26,826 nucleotides of DNA, taken from positions 1 to 26,826 of the IMG/VR virus record IMGVR_UViG_3300037721_000033. One strand, given 5' to 3'. This stretch comes from a virus. Lineage: Duplodnaviria; Caudoviricetes. Positions 19,115 to 24,173 of this stretch are shown piece after piece (the stretch's first letter is position 1; every line of letters starts with the position of its first letter). The position numbers and the translations under genes were made by a program. Below the pieces are notes generated by a model that saw only the letters and a program-made list of their open reading frames with translations, did not search any database and had not been told where the DNA came from.

Positions 19115-19458
19115 GCGGAGATTCGCAGTACGAGCACGAATTCCTGCCGCCCAACACCGGCTGGCAGCACCGCGGCAATGGCGGGGTGTACGCGCCGATC
19201 GATGCCAGCACCAACAGGCCGATGCCTTGGGTAGCACTGGCCTGCCTATGCGGCGGGCTGGGATTCGGTGGCCTCATCATCCTGTGCATCCTGGCGCCAT
19301 GGCGCGCCCAGAGCGAACTGTCTGAGGCGCGCATGCGTGCTGAGTTCAGCGATCGATTCGCGAAGGTAGAAAAGAACGCCGCTGACGCCGCAACCGTGAG
19401 CGAGATCTGGCGAAACCGAGTGAACAAACTGGAGGCCGAGGCCAATGCCAACCGATGA
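19111..19458 (+). CDS. Single-TM protein with coiled coil (lysis cassette)
   Basis: ATGA overlap; TM segment WVALACLCGGLGFGGLIILCILA followed by a helical tail. Confidence 0.65.
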   Translation: MSGDSQYEHEFLPPNTGWQHRGNGGVYAPIDASTNRPMPWVALACLCGGLGFGGLIILCILAPWRAQSELSEARMRAEFSDRFAKVEKNAADAATVSEIWRNRVNKLEAEANANR

Positions 19459-19705
19459 CGACGATGACGAAATCATCATAATCCGCCGCTCCACCGCTGT
19501 GGAGATCGTGCGCAGGATCTACCGCGAGCACATGACCAAGGTCATCGGCTATGCGACGGTGGCCGCAGGGGCGATTGCAGTTATGGATCCGGCGCTCGTG
19601 GCGGATACGCTTGGGCCAAATGCCGTACGCTGGGCTCTGGTCGTCACGGGCGTGCTGACCGCGCTGCGCGGCCACACTAACAAAACGCAGCCGGCCCCAA
19701 AGTGA
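19445..19705 (+). CDS. Putative holin (2 TM)
   Basis: Two hydrophobic segments with a basic C-terminus, directly upstream of the endolysin. Confidence 0.6.
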   Translation: MPTDDDDDEIIIIRRSTAVEIVRRIYREHMTKVIGYATVAAGAIAVMDPALVADTLGPNAVRWALVVTGVLTALRGHTNKTQPAPK

Positions 19706-20055
19706 AAGAGACGCTCAGGCAAAAGCAATCGCGCTTCGCTCTTGGCGTCGCCCTGCTCATCCAGGAGGCAGACAAGCGCGGCTATGCCGTGACCCTTGGC
19801 GATGCTTACCGCACGCCAGGGCAGGCCGTGGCGAACGCCCTGAGCGGCTCTGGCATCGCCAGTAGTCTCCACTGCGAACGCCTGGCTATCGACCTGAACC
19901 TGTTCAAGGACGGGCGCTACATCATTGACGGCGAGGGGCATGCGGAACTCGGGCGCTGGTGGAAGTCTCTGGCACCGGATCATCGGTGGGGCGGGGATTT
20001 TCAGAAGCGCGATTTCAATCACTACAGTCTATCAAGCGATGGCAAGCGCGCTTGA
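19702..20055 (+). CDS. Endolysin, M15-family Zn peptidase
   Basis: GDAYRT, SLHCERLAID (SxH...AxD), RWGGDF...DFNHYS. Confidence 0.9.
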   Translation: MKETLRQKQSRFALGVALLIQEADKRGYAVTLGDAYRTPGQAVANALSGSGIASSLHCERLAIDLNLFKDGRYIIDGEGHAELGRWWKSLAPDHRWGGDFQKRDFNHYSLSSDGKRA

Positions 20056-20059
20056 TGGC

Positions 20060-20209
20060 CTAGCCCGTCCTGAGCCTTCTGGCGCGCCGGGTACGACACC
20101 GCACCCGGCAGTACAGATGGTCACGCCGCTGGGCGTAGAACAGCCCTCGGCACTCCACGCAGCGCCGTAATTTTGCCCCGCACTTGACGCATTTTTTGTC
20201 CGCTTCCAT
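20060..20209 (-). CDS. 49-aa Cys/Arg-rich zinc-finger protein
   Basis: MEADKKCVKCGAKLRRCVECRGLFYAQRRDHLYCRVRCRTRRARRLRTG contains CxxC, CxxC...F...YCxxxCR, a pattern typical of small DNA-binding Zn fingers. Confidence 0.6.
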   Translation of the reverse strand: MEADKKCVKCGAKLRRCVECRGLFYAQRRDHLYCRVRCRTRRARRLRTG

Positions 20210-20217
20210 GGCCAGGG

Positions 20218-20249
20218 CTGTACGGTAATACAGCTGTAAATCCGTACTG
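20218..20249. promoter_or_regulatory. Tandem LexA (SOS)-like boxes
   Basis: CTGTACGGTAATACAG (20218-20233) is a perfect CTGT-N8-ACAG; it is immediately followed by CTGTAAATCCGTACTG (20234-20249), which has one mismatch. Confidence 0.6.
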
Positions 20250-20362
20250 TGTTCGGCACCGAACATAGCAACAGATATGCGTTACATTTGTTCCCGCGGT
20301 GGGGTCGTTGGACAACGATGGGGAGTACAACAGTGGGCGAACAATCACTCACCGGAGAGTCC

Positions 20363-21061
20363 ATGGACAGCGTCGTCATACCGCCCGCCAGCGCGAGCAC
20401 CAACGGTTTCATTGCATCTGACAACGATCACGGCCGCCACCACGGCGGGCATGGTCATCACGGCTACCAAGATAGGGACTGGCCAGAGCGTACCGCTGAG
20501 CGCGTAAGGGGTGAGGTATTCGATTCAGAGCGCACGCGGAACGAGGAGACGCGGGACATCCTGGCTGCGGTGGGGCGCGAGGGCGCGGCCGGATCACTCG
20601 CGACTGAGAAAAACGGTGCGGCTGGGATCTTGGCCACCAACGTTGCATCAGGCGCGATCGGAGTCGCCATCGAGCGCACGAGCGCGGCTGGGCAGCTTGC
20701 CACCAACGTGGCCGGCCAGCAGGTGCAAAATCTGGCTTTGCAGCAGTTCAACCTCTTGACGGTCCAGGCCGCGACCAACGTGGCCGCGACCAACCTGGCA
20801 ATTCAGGTGGCCTCGAGTGCCGGGCTGGTGCAGGCCGTGAAGGATGCCGCCGCGGCCCAGCTGTATGCAGCGCAGAATCACGCGGCTGCATTGGCTCAGG
20901 CAGCGGCCTGCTGCTGCGAGATCAAGGAGCGAATCCGCGAGGACGGCGAGAAGACTCGAGACCTTGTGAACTCGTTCCAGGCCACGAACCTTGCGGTGCA
21001 GTTGGCAGACGCAAAGCAAGAGGTTCTTGTGCTTCGAGCTCGGCTGCCGCTCGCGGCGTGA
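20363..21061 (+). CDS. Hypothetical His-rich, Ala-rich coiled-coil protein with CCC motif
   Basis: RBS GGAGAG before the ATG at 20363. HGRHHGGHGHHG, 11-residue repeats, AACCCEIKERIREDGEKTRDLV. Confidence 0.85.
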   Translation: MDSVVIPPASASTNGFIASDNDHGRHHGGHGHHGYQDRDWPERTAERVRGEVFDSERTRNEETRDILAAVGREGAAGSLATEKNGAAGILATNVASGAIGVAIERTSAAGQLATNVAGQQVQNLALQQFNLLTVQAATNVAATNLAIQVASSAGLVQAVKDAAAAQLYAAQNHAAALAQAAACCCEIKERIREDGEKTRDLVNSFQATNLAVQLADAKQEVLVLRARLPLAA

Positions 21062-21109
21062 GCTGAGTCCCGGGTACCGCTGGCCTGCAGAGGGCGGCAG
21101 GCTTTCCGG

Positions 21110-21136
21110 CAGTGGTCAAGGATTCCTTGACCACTG
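21110..21136. terminator. Perfect 13-bp inverted repeat between convergent operons
   Basis: CAGTGGTCAAGGA-T-TCCTTGACCACTG, with no clear U-tract. Confidence 0.6.
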
Positions 21137-21140
21137 GCCC

Positions 21141-21407
21141 TTATTGACCGAGCACCTTGGAAATACAAGAGATCGAATACGCGGCCTCTCTCTTCTGTCG
21201 GTCCACGGCACCGTGATGGTGGTCAGGATCGTAGAATATCTCAGGCTTCAGGCCGTCTTTTTTCAGACGGCGGAGATAGCCGGCCCTCACGGCATCCATA
21301 AGCTCCTTTCGGACCGCGGCAGGTATGCGAGCACGTATGACGCGCGTCGCCTGCTTTCGGGTCTGCTCGGCATTCGGGCCAGGTATATAGCCATCTTTTA
21401 CGCTCAT
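21141..21407 (-). CDS. Hypothetical basic protein
   Basis: 88-aa ORF, last gene of the leftward operon; plausible composition. Confidence 0.7.
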   Translation of the reverse strand: MSVKDGYIPGPNAEQTRKQATRVIRARIPAAVRKELMDAVRAGYLRRLKKDGLKPEIFYDPDHHHGAVDRQKREAAYSISCISKVLGQ

Positions 21408-21440
21408 TGCTTGTAGCCTGCAGAGGGCGGCGGTACCGCC

Positions 21441-21650
21441 CTAGAAATCTGCCGGCGCAGGCTGCCCAAGCTGCTCTCGCAGATAGCAGCTGCGGCAGAT
21501 GATCTCTCGATGCTGGACGCGCAACTGCTGCAGCTCCCGCAGCGCCTCCACCGCCTGCTCGCAGATCCGAGGATAGTCATCCGACCGCCCAAACTGGCGG
21601 GCTACCTGTGCCTCCTGCTGCCATGCGGCGATGAGTTCGGGGAGGGTCAT
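21441..21650 (-). CDS. Hypothetical protein
   Basis: 69 aa, ATGA overlap with the upstream gene, one CxxC. Confidence 0.65.
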   Translation of the reverse strand: MTLPELIAAWQQEAQVARQFGRSDDYPRICEQAVEALRELQQLRVQHREIICRSCYLREQLGQPAPADF

Positions 21651-21841
21651 CTCAGCACCATCGCCTGCGTGTACAGCAGGCCCTCACTATCCATGAGAGC
21701 AGCTACGCTCACCCCGCCCAGCGGCACATGCTTGCCGACGGCCATGACGGCCTCGACGCGCTCCTGTACTCCGCGAGCATCGTAGGCCTGGACGAGGATG
21801 TAGGGCGCGCCGTTGCTCGCCATGGATTCTAGGATTGTCAT
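21647..21841 (-). CDS. DUF1737-like small protein (second copy)
   Basis: YILV...VQERVEAVMAVGKHVPLGGVSV...YTQAMVLR. Confidence 0.7.
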   Translation of the reverse strand: MTILESMASNGAPYILVQAYDARGVQERVEAVMAVGKHVPLGGVSVAALMDSEGLLYTQAMVLR

Positions 21842-22290
21842 TGCTTGATCCTTTCATTCGCTAGCCACCGCATGGCCAGTAGGGTTCGTGTCTCGACGCG
21901 CTTCTCGCCGCTCACGTAGTACTGCAGCATGCGGCGGGACATGCCTAGCGCTTCGGCTGCAGTGGTCTGGTTTAGGCCGGCGGCTGCGATCAGGTCTCGC
22001 AGTTCTTCAGGGGTTGCTGTTGGCAGAGGTTCTATTTTTCTCTTGATCCTAGGAGGCAAATTGTGAATTGGATTTTCGGATAGGATCGCTTGCAGCTCAG
22101 CGTCCATCGCGTCCTTTTTGCCCGAGTATGCTTGAACCTCGAATTTAACAGCGCAGGAAAACCATTCAGACCCAGAGCAGTGCTGGAGCAACCGGGTCTG
22201 GCAATTAGATGTCATCCCGACGTAAAGAAGCCTGCCCTGGGAATCGAAGGCTCGGTATACGTCGTGCGGCCTGTCTTTACTGTCTCTCAA
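21838..22290 (-). CDS. GIY-YIG nuclease domain fused to a C-terminal XRE/Aca1-like HTH
   Basis: VYRAFD...LLYVGMT...RLLQH...AE...I..ENP.HN (GIY-YIG), then TPEELRDLIAAAGLNQTTAAEALGMSRRMLQYYVSGE (HTH). TTG start with AGGAGG RBS. Confidence 0.85.
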   Translation of the reverse strand: MRDSKDRPHDVYRAFDSQGRLLYVGMTSNCQTRLLQHCSGSEWFSCAVKFEVQAYSGKKDAMDAELQAILSENPIHNLPPRIKRKIEPLPTATPEELRDLIAAAGLNQTTAAEALGMSRRMLQYYVSGEKRVETRTLLAMRWLANERIKQ

Positions 22291-22487
22291 TTGCAGCCCT
22301 CCTGGATTTTCTCAATAAGCCGCTCGTAGATGGCCCGGTGCATCTGTCTCTGCCCGCCTAGCCAGTCCTGCATAGTCCGCAGACCGGTGTAGACCAGTGC
22401 CGCCGCTTGCTCCTGGGTCAGCCCAGCCGACTCGATGCGAGCGCGCAGGTCTAGGCGCTCGCGTTCTGAGATGTTCCTTGATTTCAC
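22287..22487 (-). CDS. XRE-family HTH regulator (Aca-like)
   Basis: LRARIESAGLTQEQAAALVYTGLRTMQDWLGGQRQMHRAIYE. The GTG at 22487 overlaps the stop of the upstream 47-aa ORF. Confidence 0.85.
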   Translation of the reverse strand: MKSRNISERERLDLRARIESAGLTQEQAAALVYTGLRTMQDWLGGQRQMHRAIYERLIEKIQEGCN

Positions 22488-22627
22488 TGCTGCGCAGCCC
22501 ATGTTTTGTAGTCAGCCAAGGACTCAAATGCCATATAGCCGCCTTCGACTTCGACGATTTCAGCGGCCCAGGGCGCTGCGTCGTGGGCTGCTTCGAGGCT
22601 CTCGGCTTGGATGAACTGGCTGCGCAT
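22484..22627 (-). CDS. 47-aa acidic protein, candidate anti-defence (Acr-like); missing from ORF track
   Basis: MRSQFIQAESLEAAHDAAPWAAEIVEVEGGYMAFESLADYKTWAAQQ; strong RBS AAAGGAGAG and its own promoter. Confidence 0.8.
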   Translation of the reverse strand: MRSQFIQAESLEAAHDAAPWAAEIVEVEGGYMAFESLADYKTWAAQQ

Positions 22628-22673
22628 GAAATCTCTCCTTTGGCCGGCCCGCTGAATCGCTTACCGTGGAGAG

Positions 22674-22712
22674 AATGTACACGCATATGGCGGTGCACGC
22701 AAGTGGCGTATA
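22674..22712 (-). promoter_or_regulatory. Sigma70 promoter overlapped by tandem operator-like repeats
   Basis: Minus strand TTGCGT (22702-22697)-N17-TACATT (22679-22674), with an AT-rich upstream tract. CACGCATATGGCG (22680-22692) and CACGCAAGTGGCG (22696-22708) each contain an ACGC-N5-GCG dyad. Confidence 0.75.
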
Positions 22713-22726
22713 GAATTATTTCTCTG

Positions 22727-22996
22727 TCACCTACTGCGGCGGGAGGGAGGAGGGAGGACTTCTCCGCGGACTGAGATAGCGTAGATTGGATTTTGCGGCT
22801 CCGCTTGGCCAGCATCGATCTTGGCCTTCAGGGCCTCTGCTGCTTGGCACAGCCTGTTGTAGCCCTCGATCGTCCCGAGCTGTGCTTCCAGCGCCTGCAT
22901 CGCCAGCACAAGGCTGTAGTCGCAGGGACGGCTGATGGGCTTCGGTGGCTCGACTGGTCGGCCCGTCGGGTTCGGCCATGCGGTTACGTTGCTCAC
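22727..22996 (-). CDS. Hypothetical protein
   Basis: 89 aa; GTGA overlap with the upstream gene. Confidence 0.65.
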   Translation of the reverse strand: MSNVTAWPNPTGRPVEPPKPISRPCDYSLVLAMQALEAQLGTIEGYNRLCQAAEALKAKIDAGQAEPQNPIYAISVRGEVLPPPSRRSR

Positions 22997-23136
22997 GGCG
23001 CCACCCGTGGTGCTGGCACCGCATAGAGCGGCGTCACGGTCTCGCCGAAGTCCGGCGGGCGATCCTCGGCGAAGTGCAGCTCGCGAGAGCCGTCCTCGAA
23101 CTCGACGAGGTAGGCGATGGGCTGATTCTCGGTCAT
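22993..23136 (-). CDS. 47-aa hypothetical protein (not in ORF track)
   Basis: MTENQPIAYLVEFEDGSRELHFAEDRPPDFGETVTPLYAVPAPRVAP shows the P-AY...PLY pattern of small phage early proteins; 4-nt overlaps at both ends. Confidence 0.65.
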   Translation of the reverse strand: MTENQPIAYLVEFEDGSRELHFAEDRPPDFGETVTPLYAVPAPRVAP

Positions 23137-23366
23137 GGGGACACCGGGTTGCAGTTGGGACATGGGGCGCCTCGCTTGGCCTCGGTAATCGTGCGGAACG
23201 GTAGCCAGTCAGTCTTGTGGCCGCACTTGCCGCACTCGAGTATTACAATCAGCGGGTCGTCGCCATCCATGTCCGCGCACGGTGCGCAGCCGGCATCGAT
23301 GACGTGCATCATGACGCGAGCCTTGCGGCGCGGGCGAGCGGGTGCGAATAGATCGGCGGTGGTCAT
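23133..23366 (-). CDS. Zinc-ribbon hypothetical protein
   Basis: MHVIDAG...CGKCGHKTDW...EAKRGAPCPNCN; ATGA overlaps. Confidence 0.7.
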   Translation of the reverse strand: MTTADLFAPARPRRKARVMMHVIDAGCAPCADMDGDDPLIVILECGKCGHKTDWLPFRTITEAKRGAPCPNCNPVSP

Positions 23367-23578
23367 GGGGACACCCGCAAGGTGGTGGCCCCGACGTCGA
23401 GGGTGATCGAGGTTCGCCGAACACAGCTGGTGCGGCTCCTGGCGTCGAGCATGATTACGCACATGCCCGTCTTGGTGCGCCTGAGATAGATGCCGCCGGA
23501 TCTCCAGTAGGTGATTCGGTCGCCGGGCTGGAGATCGTCGCCGACCACCCGCTGGCCACTGGTGGCGGGGGAGGTCAT
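23363..23578 (-). CDS. Hypothetical protein
   Basis: 71 aa starting MTSPATSG; ATGA overlaps at both ends. Confidence 0.55.
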   Translation of the reverse strand: MTSPATSGQRVVGDDLQPGDRITYWRSGGIYLRRTKTGMCVIMLDARSRTSCVRRTSITLDVGATTLRVSP

Positions 23579-23772
23579 GGCCGGCTCCCGGCGCTGGGCG
23601 GATCTGGCATCGGCATCCAGTGGCTCGGTTTGCGCCTCATTACCCAGCTGGAGTTCGCGAACTCCCAGGTCCGCAAATGCGATGCGTACCAACCTTCTCC
23701 GACTGCATCATCCTGTCGCAGGAGCAGCGGAGTGTAGCCGCGGGGCGCCGTTTCAATCGGCTGCCAGCTCAT
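23575..23772 (-). CDS. DUF551-like protein
   Basis: WQPIETAP...PSHWMPMPDPP signature. Confidence 0.8.
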   Translation of the reverse strand: MSWQPIETAPRGYTPLLLRQDDAVGEGWYASHLRTWEFANSSWVMRRKPSHWMPMPDPPSAGSRP

Positions 23773-24029
23773 GCCCGCCTCCCCGAGAAACCTAGCCGCG
23801 CAGTGGTTGGAAATCCTCCATATTCCTGGGCCGCGTCGATCATCCGCTTGGCCCGAGCTTTCTTGCGAGGCGAATGGCTGCGCATCAATGCCAGTGCTTG
23901 GCGTGCTTTTTTCGATCTGTGCTGGATGAGCTCAATCCCGAGATCGCAGCACTCGACCGCGACGGCTTCGTAGCCGACGCCAATGTCGACGTAGTGGAAT
24001 GGATCGCGCTTGCAGAAGGGGCACCTCAT
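23769..24029 (-). CDS. Hypothetical Cys-containing protein
   Basis: MRCPFCKRDPFHYVDIGVG...VECC; first gene after the att-like region. Confidence 0.65.
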   Translation of the reverse strand: MRCPFCKRDPFHYVDIGVGYEAVAVECCDLGIELIQHRSKKARQALALMRSHSPRKKARAKRMIDAAQEYGGFPTTARLGFSGRRA

Positions 24030-24103
24030 GGCCGGCCCCTGGAGAATCCTAGCCACAGCCTAGCCAGCCAGCTATTACTATTTCCGCAAGTCGTTGATTG
24101 TGT

Positions 24104-24158
24104 TGTGGGCGCGACAGGGATCGAACCTGTGACCCCTACCATGTCAAAGTTGTGCTCT
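24104..24158 (-). pseudogene. tRNA-Val(GAC) 3' fragment (att-like core)
   Basis: Minus strand AGAGCACAACTTTGACATGGTAGGGGTCACAGGTTCGATCCCTGTCGCGCCCACA has the anticodon loop TTGACAT, an intact T-arm and the 3' acceptor strand, but no 5' acceptor strand and no CCA. Confidence 0.85.
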
Positions 24159-24173
24159 GCCTGAATCTGCATA

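Larger units (their letters stand above)
21083..21431. repeat. 16-bp direct repeat GCCTGCAGAGGGCGGC
   Basis: Exact copies at 21083-21098 and 21416-21431, flanking the gene at 21141-21407. Confidence 0.8.

Noticed and set aside
21404-21592. 62-aa minus-strand ORF
   Set aside because: It mostly overlaps the better-coupled 21441-21650 gene and has a low-complexity Ser/Arg composition.
22312-22815. 167-aa minus-strand ORF
   Set aside because: It crosses a promoter and overlaps two better-supported genes in other frames.
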